NCBI GenBank assembly: GCA_013239625.1
Contig: MU053629.1
Coordinates: 654,676-718,675 of the forward strand
From: Lama guanicoe
Taxonomy: Eukaryota
Direction: 5' to 3'
DNA: 64,000 nucleotides
A program made the translations under genes and the position numbers. Below are positions 12,236-24,028 of this stretch, one piece after another. Numbering within the stretch: the stretch's first letter is position 1; each line of letters opens with the position of its first letter. The notes beneath the pieces were generated by a model that saw only the letters and a list, made by a program, of their open reading frames with translations, did no database searches and was not told where the DNA came from.

Positions 12236-13503
12236 ATCTGAAACCCCCATTGCCCTCCCCACTCCTTTATTTTTACTTAAACATTTTTATGATGATTTAG
12301 ATGGAAGTTGGTTTTTGTCGGTTAATGTTGGTGCCAATCCTTCAAACTGTTCATATCCGATTTATAACATTCACTCTGCTAATAACCCTTTTCAAATTGT
12401 AGTGGGGGTGGTGACACAGTTTAGTTATGTTCTCAAGATAAAGTCTTAGTGAAAAACAAATAAATGTTCTTTAATTATATTAAAAAAGTTTTTTAAACCT
12501 AGTTTTAGTTTAAAACCTAAAAATACTGATTTTCATTGTCAAATCTATATAACCATTTGCCTCTGTGCCACTAAGTTTATTATTTAGATATGTAATGGAG
12601 GCCCTAAAATCAGTTATGGGGATAAATGATACCTAAATCATGCTTTTTAGTCATGGATCAGTATTGGCCAAGTGATTCACTCAGATATGCGGTGCTTTAC
12701 TGGCACTTACGTGAATTTTTTCCAACCGCAAACTCTTAGTCTGTTGGAATTTTTTTTTAACCCTAAGTTTTTGTTTGAAAAATTTTCACTTCTAAAAAAA
12801 ATAACTAAATGAATAAGAATGAATTGCTATATGTTCTCTGGATTCGCCAATTGTAAACACTTAGATTTTTATGGAACAATCTTCATATATAAGCTAGGTT
12901 TTGACAATGTAGACAAACAGCAAACACTAAAAGAAAGAAGCTACATGGAAAGCTTGTGTGAGGGGTGGAAATTGTCCCCAGATGACCATGTCACCACAGT
13001 CGGGGGCTCTGTGCACCCTTTGGTGTGTGGACATATGAGCCTGCCCTCGCAGAAGTGTGTCTTGAAGGCTGCCACACACAACACGGTGTTGGACTCTCTG
13101 GGGCCCTTCCAGGGACTACGTCACAGAACGCATCACAGCCTGCACATGCTAGCAGGGCCCCAACGAGGGCTTGTCCTGCCGTCTCTGCTCTTGTTTCGCT
13201 TTGCCCCTGGAGGACGGTGCTTCTCCATGACTCCTTAGGGAAGCACTTCTCCCCCAGATAAATGAATCAATAGAGCCAATCTTACAAAAACTATTTTGGG
13301 ATTCTTTCTTGAGCTGAGGAATGTTTTTCTTCTTCCCGTCACTCTAGCCAGATTTAAAATTCCAATCAGTAGCTCCTCATCAAATAATTAAGCTGATTGC
13401 CTTTGTACGTTGGCAACATCATTTTGCATCTAATTTGATATTCTGTGGGAAGCTGCAAAGCCAATTTAACTAATGAGAGGAGGCATCTTTTATATTAGTC
13501 AGT

Positions 13504-13516
13504 GTTAATGATTAAC
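13504..13516. promoter_or_regulatory. Perfect HNF1A/HNF1B palindromic site
   Basis: GTTAATGATTAAC equals the consensus GTTAATNATTAAC; function untested. Confidence 0.4.
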
Positions 13517-13755
13517 TGCAGTGTGTGTCCTATATTGGTTTTGTTTGTTATATTTTAAGTTGCCCATTAGCGGTAGTGGTTACTGACTATGAATAGAATT
13601 CAGAGTCCTGCCAAAAGAATGGACCAGTTATGAACCTGCAGAAAAATGGTTGTGGATCTGGCTTTGGAGTCGGATATGCATAGATTTGAGTCTTATTTCG
13701 GCTCTTTACTTGTAGCATGCCTTTAGGGAATTATCTCACTCACGCCGTTTTTTTA

Positions 13756-13851
13756 TTTATAAAAAGTAACGGTATTCAATTTATAAAAAACAAGGGTATT
13801 CATTTATAAAAAGCAAGGGTATTTCTCAAAAGCAAGAGTATTGAATTTTAA
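13756..13851. repeat. Imperfect ~23-bp tandem repeat, about 4 copies, at the end of a MIR remnant
   Basis: Unit approx tttataaaaagcaagggtattca. Confidence 0.75.
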
Positions 13852-13954
13852 GACTATGAAAACGAATATATGTATGTATGTGCATGACTGGGACATTGTG
13901 CTGTACACCAGAAATTGACACATTGTAACTGATGGTACTTTAATTTAAAAAAAA
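13852..13954 (+). mobile_element. Extremely 5'-truncated L1 3' tip with 18-bp TSD
   Basis: TSD aagagtatt(g/c)aattttaa at 13834-13851 and 13955-13972; body tgtgctgtacaccagaaattgacacattgtaactga plus poly-A. Confidence 0.88.
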
Positions 13955-13977
13955 AAGAGTATTCAATTTTAAAACAG

Positions 13978-14240
13978 TGTAAATCTACAATAATCAAAAC
14001 AGTGTGGTATTGGTGAAGGGTTAGATGCTCAAGTCAGGGGAACAGAGTCCAGAAGTAGACCCACATAGATATGGCCAGTCGATTGTCACCAAAGTTAGAA
14101 AAGCTATTCAATGCAGAAAGGATAGCTTTTTCAATAGTATTGGAATAATCAGACATCCATATGTTCCCCCACCCTACCCCCGAAAAAAGAATCTGGTTCC
14201 ATATTGCACACCTTATTAAAGAAATTAACTCAAAGTAGAT
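13978..14240 (+). mobile_element. Old L1 ORF2 fragment
   Basis: ctacaataatcaaaacagtgtggtattgg...agagtccagaagtagacccaca...aattaactcaaa. Confidence 0.8.
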
Positions 14241-14985
14241 GCCTTTCCAAATTATCCACAGCTTAACCTAAACAGGGGCTGCCCAGGAGGGGTGAAACCC
14301 TTGCCAATGTAGGAAAAAGAATTCAGCCTCCTCCTAAGTTCTAAAAAGAATAGAAACACATATAAAATTGTCTAAGAGTATCTGATTCCTATTAATTTTA
14401 ACAAAGAAAATAGTGCTTTTAAAGAATAATCTGGAGATAGCTTCTAGGAACTAGAATTAATGGAATTAATGGAAAGAAGGAATTAATGGAAAGAAGAGGT
14501 TTTAAAATCATAAGGCATAGCTTACACAGGTTACTGTATGTCTGTTTTAAAGTATGCAAAATAGTCCAAACCATACAAAGGCAGTCCAAAATAGTCTAGC
14601 TCAGATAATCCTATTCCTTATGGGCTGCTAGTGAAGGATACTGAAAACAGCGTTAATATGAGCTCTTTGATATTTGCAACTTTTGTGAGTTTTTTCTTGT
14701 GACTGTATTAAAAGATAGCCCTACTTTCTTAAGAGACCCATCAGGGCTTTTAAGGGTGAATCAGATGAATACTTACTTAGAAGCAAAGTGGGAATTCTCC
14801 TTCTGTCCTCCCTGACTGTGGTTTATTTTTGGTTGTTTAGAGCCTTGTGGAAGAGCTCTTGCTGGGACCGCAGCCTTTATAGTGAATTAATTGTTTTTCT
14901 AGGGATCCTACAAAATGTAGTTGGGGAAATTACCGTTGATCCTTGCAAAACAAAACAAAAAACATTCTTTCCGTTTCTGTGGCAG

Positions 14986-15079
14986 AGCTGTGACTGAGAG
15001 CATCAATCAGCTCATCACGCTGTGCACCCAGCAAGCTCCTGGCCAGAAGGAGTGTGACAATGCCCTGCGGGAGCTCGAG
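14986..15079 (+). CDS. TLN2: TLN2 exon E, (R)AVTESINQ...LRELE, R6/R7 junction
   Basis: tttctgtggcAG|AGCT ... GAG|GTgggt; 94 nt, phase 2 to 0. Confidence 0.97.
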
Positions 15080-17024
15080 GTGGGTCCCTGGAAAGGCTGC
15101 TGAGGACTTAAGAGCATGCGTCTGTCTGTCCTCTGCCGCTGTCAGTTTCTTCTCCTCCATTCTGGCCTTTTATCTTTCTTGGGAAACTCCTGGAGCCAAA
15201 GTGCCAATCTAAGTGGGAAAGAATTGAAGACAAATTAGATTTGGTGGGATTATATCCCCCTTGCTTCCCTTTTCCCACCAAGATGAGAGTTACATTGTTA
15301 AAGGATTGTTTATTTCAAACAGGAAGAGTCCTGTGGTATTGAGAGTAGGCTGAAGATAAGCAATTTCTACCTAGAAAGTTCCAGAGTGATTACTCTGAGG
15401 CAGTTATGAGAAACTGGGATAGATGGCCCTTTTTGAGTGAAAATGATGTTCCCATACAATTTACTTTGTAACCTATAGGGGGCGCATTAGAGGAAACCAA
15501 GAAGTAACATGTATTACTGTACAATTAAGATGGCAGTGGGGCCCTTAGTGGCCCAGAACAGTGTGGATGCTTATCAATTTATGTTCATCCTTAGGGCTTA
15601 TTTTTAATGGAAAACTCTTTTGTGCTTATAGAATGTACGTGGGTGAACATAAAGTCACGGTGCCTGCTTGTGTGTAAAGCGTTCCTGACCAATTCAGGTC
15701 ATATTGAAACAACCAGGTGGTTATCTCAGTAGAAATGGGCTGTTTGTACCCAGAGCACCTTCACTTCTCTGGACAGGAAGACCCACCATGCCAGGAAGGG
15801 CGTGTGCGGGGACGGCTGATTGCAGCTTCTGAAGGATTTAATTGAGGCTCAGTCTGCCGATGGCAGTAGGCCACTGGCGTGGCTGGAAGTAAAAGAAAGC
15901 TTGTTACCATGGGACTGAAGCATTCTGAAAACAGTGGAGAATGTTTCCCACCTTGATAAGTTGCTGCCCAATCCTAGTCTGTTCATATTTGCAAATAGAT
16001 ATGGTATGTGGGTGTTGAGCTAAATAAGGTCTGTTGGCCCCAATGCAAGCACTGTCCCTTAATGGCATCCTTGGTTGCCAAAATGAGGACTATTTCAGAG
16101 TGGCTGTTACTAAGGCAATTTTGATTATCCAAGGAGTGGGAGGAGTTTCCTCCATAAAATGAACTCCTTTATAAAGCTGCCCTCTCCCTGAGATCTTTGA
16201 CTGAGTAACTCAGCAGTTTTATCATTACTTCCCTCCCACCCTTGGTAACTCAAGTGACCTTGTCTTTTTGTTGGCTGTTTCCTCAAAGGCTGCTAGTCCC
16301 AATGTGCATCCTTATTCAGTGGGGAGGAGGATGGGTCGCCGTATCCCTTGACTTTTCCTCCCTGGAAAAGTCCCTCTTAGGTGATGATCAAGGTTATTAG
16401 AACATGAATGCTAGTGACGGTTGGAGACCAAGACAGAAGAAGCAAGCCCCATGCCCAGTTCCTTGATGGAGACCTACACAAGATTCAGCATTTTCTATAC
16501 TTTTAAAATTAAAAACAAATGAACCATCCCAGTGGGCAGTTTAAGGGAGTTACCTCTTTTCACATCTACCCATTAAAAGGTTCCAGAATTGAAAACTGAG
16601 AGCCCTACAAGAAGAAGTGAATTAATGTGCCCTTGAAATTAAAACTCCTTGGAGTCATCCAGCGGAGAGAAACTGTGCTCATTGACCATCAATATAGGTT
16701 GCCTTCCATTAACTTTCAGATTCCTTTAAGAAGAAAATCTCCCCCTTCTGTGAATACCATGCTTTGCCTTCGAATGTGAAAACAGGAGATTCTCCTCTGT
16801 CAGAGCTAACCCCAGACACCCCCACCCCGATCAGTGTGGTGTTGCTCACAGGAAATCTGAAGTCATGAACGCCGTGATCTAAATTCCTCTCAGGAGTCTG
16901 AGTAATAAGTGATTATGACCAGATTCCTGAGTATGGAGAGGAAGTTGATAGTTGATATTTTATGTTGCATTTCCTTTGTTCTAGAACACTTGCTTACTTT
17001 TAAAATTGTGTTCTCCTTCTGTAG

Positions 17025-17114
17025 ACTGTCAAGGGGATGTTGGACAACCCTAATGAACCCGTTAGTGACCTCTCTTACTTTGACTGCATTGAGAGTGTGA
17101 TGGAAAATTCCAAG
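17025..17114 (+). CDS. TLN2: TLN2 exon F, TVKGMLDN...MENSK, R7
   Basis: ctccttctgtAG|ACT ... AAG|GTaagc; 90 nt, phase 0-0; not in the ORF track, translated by hand. Confidence 0.96.
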
Positions 17115-17208
17115 GTAAGCCTGTCTGTGCTGGTAGCCTGCCTTCTCATTGTGGCAAGAATCTAGCTATGCCTCGTTTGAGTCTGCCTGTGGCACAAAGT
17201 CTTGTTCT

Positions 17209-17388
17209 CAGGTGCATCTCAAACCTGACTGTGCACTGGAATCACCTGGGGTCTCGGTGAACAGATTGCTGGGCCACACCCCTGAGTTTCTGATTCAGCG
17301 GATCTGAGGTGGGGCCGAGATTGTGCATTTCTGACAAGTTCCCGAGTCCTACCCACGTGGTCCAGGAGCCACCCTTTGAGAACCACTG
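17209..17388. mobile_element. MER5A-like hAT-Charlie DNA transposon (MITE)
   Basis: gaatcacctggg, tttctgattcag, gcatttctgacaagttccc, terminal tttgagaaccactg. Confidence 0.85.
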
Positions 17389-18566
17389 CTTATACCCTAT
17401 GTGAACCAGATCATGTATTTCCTTCCCCTGGGGCTGCACTGCCGGGGAAAGCCCTTCAGTGAACTTGACTTGTGTGAGACCCCCTTGTGTGTTCCTGTTG
17501 CCACCCATCCATGGCACACATTCACAAGAGGTGTGAAAAATTATGGGTTTTTTTGGGGGGGTGGGGGGTGGCAGTGAAAATATCTAAGCTAATACAATGG
17601 TTTATGGCCTCTCTTCTCCAAATCTTAACCTCACTCAACAAAATCTTACTTCTTAGAATTTTATTTGATGTGGGTCGCGACTGGACAGGGAGGTGTCCAA
17701 GAAACCTTCTTAGCAGAGCAGCAATAATATTTTAAAAGGTTGAGAAACAGACCTATGGTAATAACGCCAGCGTTTTTGAGAATGCCTCCAGTTCAGGTTG
17801 AAATGAAATGCAAGTGAGATGAATGGATATTGGGGAATTACAGCTTGGCTTTGTACTTGGAGCACGACCGCTTGTGACTTGGAGCACGATGTCTGTTTAC
17901 ATCACGCTTACATTAGCTTTGGGGAGACATCTGAACTGGTGATGTCAGGAGGGCTCGCCTCGAGCTGGGCTAAGGCTAGAGTTTGCCCTGTCCAGCATCC
18001 TTTATGGAACTATGGATGGTCTAAAGGGAGGATGTATATGCTTTACACACTTAGATCCAAAGAAACTGTTCTTCTTAAAGAAGGATGCAGGGTGAGGGTA
18101 AGGAAAATACTGTACGTAAAAATACCCTCTAACTTCTTTGCTTTGCAGGTCCTTATGTAAACGGAATTATTTTGTATGTTTAAGCAATTTTAGAGAATTT
18201 CTTTTCCCATCCGAGATTGACAGAAGAGCTCTGTGTTGACAAAGAGCTCTGTGTTGGGTTCTAAACTTGGATGTGATCATCTCTCTAAAGAGTTCTGTTG
18301 AACATCCTTCAGTTCTAAGATCTAGGACCCTGGAATGCAGTACCTGCCTGCCTGGGGCAAGAGGAGGCCCAGAGAAGACACAGCGCCAGATATGGGGCAG
18401 GCGCCTCGCCTCTGCCCACGTGACCTTCTGTCTGACCTTGTGCAGGGTACTTGACCTCTCTGAGTTGGATACTTTTAGCTGCTATTTTAAAGACCTATAA
18501 AAAGAATACACCAATGATTTTCAAAATAAGGGGAAATACTTTAAAATTTTAGCACTTGTGTTCAGA

Positions 18567-18598
<32 letters not shown>
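18567..18598. repeat. Compound (CT)n(AC)n microsatellite
   Basis: ctctctctctctctctct acacacacacacac. Confidence 0.9.
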
Positions 18599-19023
18599 TT
18601 CTTAACAATGACATGTGTAAATTTTACTGCCAATGAATAAGTGAATAATATTGGGACGGGCATGACTTCACCTACAGCTCGGTGGTTTTGTCTGATTTTT
18701 ATATTCTGGGAACTAACAGTTCTCAATTTAGACCATTCACCCATAGGATGCCCTGTATAGATTTTACTTTATTGATCTGTGTATGTTAACTCTATCTCCT
18801 TGAGGTACAGGTAACTTCTGGATGAAAGCTTCATACTTTCATTATTCATTTCTCTTTATGGCACAGAAGTGATACCACCATCTTGAATCTCTTCTTATTC
18901 CAGATACAGGAAGGAAATGGCCAGAACTGTAAGTTAAGTGGCCTCCAAGTTGGAAGCGTAGGCCCTTGACCCCACGGTCTGAAGGAATGTTGGTCAGGAT
19001 GTCACCAGCGGTTTGCTTTGCAG

Positions 19024-19146
19024 GTTCTGGGAGAGTCGATGGCAGGGATTTCGCAGAACGCCAAGACCGGGGACCTCCCTGCCTTTGGGGAGTGTGTGGG
19101 GATTGCGTCCAAGGCTCTCTGCGGACTGACGGAGGCCGCAGCCCAG
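19024..19146 (+). CDS. TLN2: TLN2 exon G, VLGESMAG...TEAAAQ, R7
   Basis: gctttgcAG|GTT ... CAG|GTaagg; 123 nt, phase 0-0. Confidence 0.97.
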
Positions 19147-20448
19147 GTAAGGGACTGGGCCCTGGGCCCCACGATGCTGGCCTTCCAGCCCGAGTCCTGT
19201 GCCGGGTCCCCATGGGAAGCACGGAGGGCTACAGGGGGAGCTTCACCTTCGGCTCCATCTCCGACCACCACTGCAGAAGCCACGGAGAAGCCCATGGCTC
19301 TTGTGCTGGCTGGGCATCAAGACAAAAGTCAGCCTGTTACCTCCAGGGACCTGGAAGGACACTGAACACTGCAGACCCAGCGTAGGGTTCACAGGCCAGC
19401 TTTTTTTTCTTTTAAGGTCATTGTTAACAGATAAGTTGTTTAGGGGAAAAATAGGTATTACATAACTGAAATTTTCTCTGAGGCTTTAGAGTTGCAAAAC
19501 TCTTAGTCATGCTTTTTTTAGGATCAGAGGGAGAAAAAAGTAAATGCCATCGCGCAGAGATACGATCAGGCATGTTCCTGGCTCGCCTCTGACTGTCCTG
19601 TGCATTTCCAATAATTACTGGGCTCCTGAACTTTCAAAAATGTCAGCATTTACCTTGAAGGATTTAGCATTTGACAATTACCTTGAGCCTAGACAATTTT
19701 ACTGAACCAAAGAAAAAGATCTCTAGTTTGGGGGATGAAATCATCTTCCCTTTCCCTGCCTCTCACATCTCAGGGGAGATGAGTTAAGGTTAAAATCCGT
19801 CCCCACAGATTCATTTTCTCCCCATTACTTGCCTAACACATCCAAAGGGTCTGAAGGGAAGACCTTCTCTTATAGCCCTTGGTCCTCTTGGAGATCAAAC
19901 ACTGCTTTTCTTCCCACTGCACCATCTAACTCATTCTTTCTTACTATTGGAAATACCGGCCTAAATAGTAAGGAAATATTAGGCTACGAGATGAGAAACC
20001 CTCATGTAGGTCAGGCTCCAAGGTTAAGCAGATGCAGCAGCTCCACGCCATCAGTCTACACCCACTTCTTTTCCCTCTCCCAAATGCCAGCCAAAGATTG
20101 AGCTTCCTGCTGAGGCCGGGCCCCTTCATGGTCACAAGGTGGCTGCCAGAGCACTCAGGGCTGCATCCATTATTGGTCATGCCCTATGAAAGAGCTTCTT
20201 GAGGCTTTCTTAAGAGCAAGGAGATTTCATTCCCAAAAGCCTGTAACAGGCTCCTGCTGGCATGTCCCTGGCCCAGGCTGGGGTCAGCCTGTCCATCCTT
20301 AAACCCTTACTGATGAGCTGACTCTGACCACCTTGCACTGGGAGCACCTGAGAATGACTGCTGCATGTGTGCTGTGGGACCCTGGTCTCTCACAGGCTTT
20401 TCTAGGAGCGCAGAGAGCCTGAGCCGTGGTTTACCTCCTCCCTTTCAG

Positions 20449-20592
20449 GCTGCATACCTCGTTGGCATCTCTGATCCAAACAGCCAGGCGGGCCACCAGG
20501 GCCTCGTGGACCCCATCCAGTTTGCCAGGGCTAACCAGGCTATCCAGATGGCATGCCAGAACCTGGTGGACCCCGGCAGTAGCCCGTCACAG
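20449..20592 (+). CDS. TLN2: TLN2 exon H, AAYLVGIS...GSSPSQ, R7/R8
   Basis: ctccctttcAG|GCT ... CAG|GTaacc; 144 nt, phase 0-0. Confidence 0.97.
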
Positions 20593-21579
20593 GTAACCGT
20601 GGGGCGAGCATGTGAGATCTGTGTGTCTTTAAGCTCTTGCAGATGGGTTGGGGAGAAATGAGTAAAGAACGCTGTTCTTTCGGAGCTTGCAAAGCCAGTT
20701 CAATGCAGTGCTGCAGATAATGACTTTGGGGGATATTGCAAAATGTGGTAAAAGTAGAAACAGGTAGGTGCTGTGGAATGGAGTGCTGGAAGGCAGGAGG
20801 AGTGGCGTAATCACCGCGAGGGTCATCAGGAGTCTCACAATGCCGTTCATTCAGTTCAGGGGACCTAGGCTGAGGGCTTGTCCTGTGCTCAGCGCTGAGG
20901 GTCAACATGAGTAAGCCCCGATCCCCTACCCCCTTGGCTCTTACTGTTGGATAAAGTTTCAAAGGTGGAGTGATCAGGGTATGACGACAATGCCAGGGAT
21001 GCACAGAAGGAGGTGTGATGAAGTCTCAAGGGGCTATTGAGGTCCCTTCCCAGAGATGGTGGCACTGAGTGAGGCCCCAGAGCTGGGTCAGAATCCACAG
21101 CACAGGAGGAGCCACAGAGACATTTGAGAGCTAGACTGTTATGTGTGGGTTTCCATGACACGTCTAATACCCAAGTGGCATGGATTCTGTTCAATTACTA
21201 AAGCGGTGTGTGCTGAAGGAAACAAGAATGGCCTGCATGGGCTAGCAGAGGCAGCCCGTGAGTGGCACGTCCACCGTTGACCCTGGGACCAGCATTCTTG
21301 GGGCAGGAGAAGGACCCAAGTAGAGGAGGTAGCACAGGGGCCATCTGGACCTAAGACAGGCGTCAGTGCTCCTGGGATTCCTTACCTGTCCACTTAAGGC
21401 TCGCTGGTAACCATGGGGTGTTACCAGCCTCAGCAAAGTGGATCACGTGGATTCAGAAAAGTGCTTTGTGGGTGGAGACTGGGAGATTCCTGAGCCAGAC
21501 CCCTTAATAAGGTGCCTATACCCACCTGTGGGTGAAGAAGGCACTGTCACACCTCAGTGTTTGTCTCGCTCGTCTAGAC

Positions 21580-21893
21580 CTGGATTCTCCGGTGTGCTGG
21601 CCACTAGCTGCACATGGCTGCTAAGCACTAGACATGTAGCTAGTCCAAACTATCAGCTCTTAATGTAAAATACAGCCTGGATTTCAGAGACTTGGTATGA
21701 TAAGAAAAGACTGTAAAATCATTATATTCTAAAATTGGTTACATGATGAAATAAAGTATTTTGGATATATCAAGTTAAATAAAATGTATCATTTAAAATA
21801 ATTTCTCTTGTTTCTGTACTTATTTTAATGTGGCTGCTAGAAAGTTTAAAATTAGACATGTGGTTTGCATGGTGTTTCTGGTGGGTGGCGCTG
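21580..21893 (-). mobile_element. MER33-like hAT-Charlie DNA transposon
   Basis: gccactagc..catggctgct.agcact, tgtaaaatac, ttttggatatat, ttttaatgtggctgctagaaa, terminal gcgctg; about 315 bp. Confidence 0.8.
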
Positions 21894-22231
21894 GCCCGGA
21901 CCCAGGGCCACATGCCTCCTGGCCTCGGGTTCCAAAGCGTAGCTGACTGCAGCTCCTTTGAGACTACCTGAGCCCAGCCCCCTCCCACCACCACATCAGC
22001 ACCTCCTTTCTTTTTCTTTGCTTATTCTTTCTGGCTTCCTGATTCTCTCCCTCTCCTTTCTTGGAGTGACTTCGGGGGTGACAGAGCTGGAGACAAAGGT
22101 TTTATTCACCCAAGCCCTGGACATGTGAGTTGAAGGACAGTCCAGAGCTTGAGACCAGAATGGCTTCCTCTGAACTGGGCCCCTCTGCACTGAAAGCATA
22201 GGGTGTCCCCAGCCCGGTCCATGCTTTCTAG

Positions 22232-22393
22232 GTTCTGTCAGCTGCCACGATTGTCGCCAAGCACACCTCAGCCTTGTGCAATGCCTGCCGCATCGCCTCG
22301 TCCAAGACGGGCAACCCCGTGGCCAAGAGGCACTTTGTCCAGTCAGCCAAGGAAGTCGCCAACAGCACCGCCAACCTGGTGAAGACCATCAAG
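22232..22393 (+). CDS. TLN2: TLN2 exon I (probable exon 34), VLSAATIV...LVKTIK, R8
   Basis: atgctttctAG|GTT ... AAG|GTaggt; 162 nt, phase 0-0; translated by hand. Confidence 0.96.
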
Positions 22394-22834
22394 GTAGGTC
22401 GCTGAGCTGAGGCCTTAGGAATCCTTGGGGCACCTGTTGCAGAGGGGAGAGAGGTGTGGGATTGAAGCTCGGCTCCCTGAGACTTGCTTCTAGAGAAGTT
22501 CAACTTCTAATCCAGTCTCAGGATTTAAGTCACTGAGGAGGAGTTCATTAGTGATGGAGATATTTATCATGAAAAACCAACAAATAGCCGTGATCTATAG
22601 TAACCTTCTAGGTAGTGTTTGGGGAGGGGTAAACTATGTGCTCAGGGGGGTGATTTTGAGGGGCTAGTAGGAAGTCCTGCCATTGTTGCTAAATCTGTCC
22701 GGACCAAGAAAGAAGGTGGATGGAGAAGGGAATGGGAAATTCACTTTGATGTTAAAAAGGGGGGGGGTGATTTAACTTATCCTGTGATATGTACTCTGTT
22801 TATAGTTTAAATGTTTAAATTGTAGCATCAACTT

Positions 22835-23001
22835 TTTTTATTGAAGTATAATTGATTTACAATGTTTGTTTCAGGTGTACAGCAAAGTAATTCAGTTATA
22901 CATATATATACTTTTTTTCAGATTTTTTCCCCATTATATGTTATTACAAGAAATTGAGCATAGCTCCCTGTGCAATACAGTAGGTCCTTGTTGTTCATCT
23001 A
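22835..23001 (-). mobile_element. 5'-truncated L1 3'UTR with 12-bp TSD
   Basis: TSD tagca(t/c)caactt at 22823-22834 and 23002-23013; ttgaagtataattgatttacaatg...caggtgtacagcaaagt. Confidence 0.88.
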
Positions 23002-23824
23002 TAGCACCAACTTCTTAAAATAGAGTGTTCCCCGTGTGTAACAAGTTCATCTCTATGTTAGTGGCCATGGACACATGGGGGGAGGCGGGGCAGGGTACCC
23101 TGTGAGGACGAAGTCACAGGAGCTGGGCGGAAAGACCGCAGACCCAGTCTGTCCTAGGTGGGACACCAAGCTGACAACAAGCAGCTGACCTTGTGGGAAA
23201 GCAGCCACAATCTGGGCAGCAGACCTCAGGCAAAGAGCCCAGCGCCCCACTCTGAGCCTCCAAAGGAGAGTGTCGGGGAAGGCGGGCTTCCCGTTCTCTG
23301 TGAGTGGGACACGCAGGAGGGAAAGGCATCGGCGGGCTAGCATTCGACAGAGGGGTTTTCACACTCACCGAGGTGGGACGATCTGCTTTGTTGCTCGGCG
23401 AGTCCCGGGGTGATGAGGCTTTGCCCCGTCCTCTCCAGAGAAGATGGTACTGCCCACCTCATTTCCCTTGCTCTACACACATCCGGTTTAATCATGTGGA
23501 TTAATCTGTCAATAGGCTGAGCCAAGCAGAAGCCAAGGAGAGATGGTACCGCCCAGCCCCGCCATGGTTGGAAGCGGGCAGGCGAGTGACCTGTCGGTAA
23601 TTTCTCAGCTGTTGAAAGTTTTTTTTAACTATTTTAAAAACAAACTAATAAACAAAACCCCCCAAAACAACCAAGTTAAAATCTACCTATTTGAAGGCAA
23701 TAATAAGATAGATTGAAAATGAATAAATAAAGTCAGTGCCTGGGAGCCCCCAGGATCCCAGAGGCAGCTCACCCTAATTCCCTTCCTGGTCCGTGGCATT
23801 CAAAATGAGTAAAGCTTGCATTTC

Positions 23825-24028
23825 TTAATATTTTGTTTGTGCAAAGCCTGTTCCCGGTGTTTTGTGTGTATCACGCGTTCAGTCCATGCGACTATCCTGT
23901 GCTTGTCATCCCCATTTTACAGTGAGGACGCTGGCGCCCAAGGTTAGGTAACGTTCCCGGGGTGACTCAGCCAGGAAGTGGTGGATTGGAATTCAGACCC
24001 AGATCCCCTGCTCTCAACCCTGGTATGC
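23825..24028 (-). mobile_element. MIR
   Basis: atccccattttacag.tgagga...aggttaggtaac...ggaattcagacccag core. Confidence 0.75.

Noticed and set aside
18217..18256. Short direct repeat ttgaca(g)aagagctctgtg x2 (and a similar one at 14452-14497)
   Set aside because: Ordinary slippage micro-duplications with no functional context.
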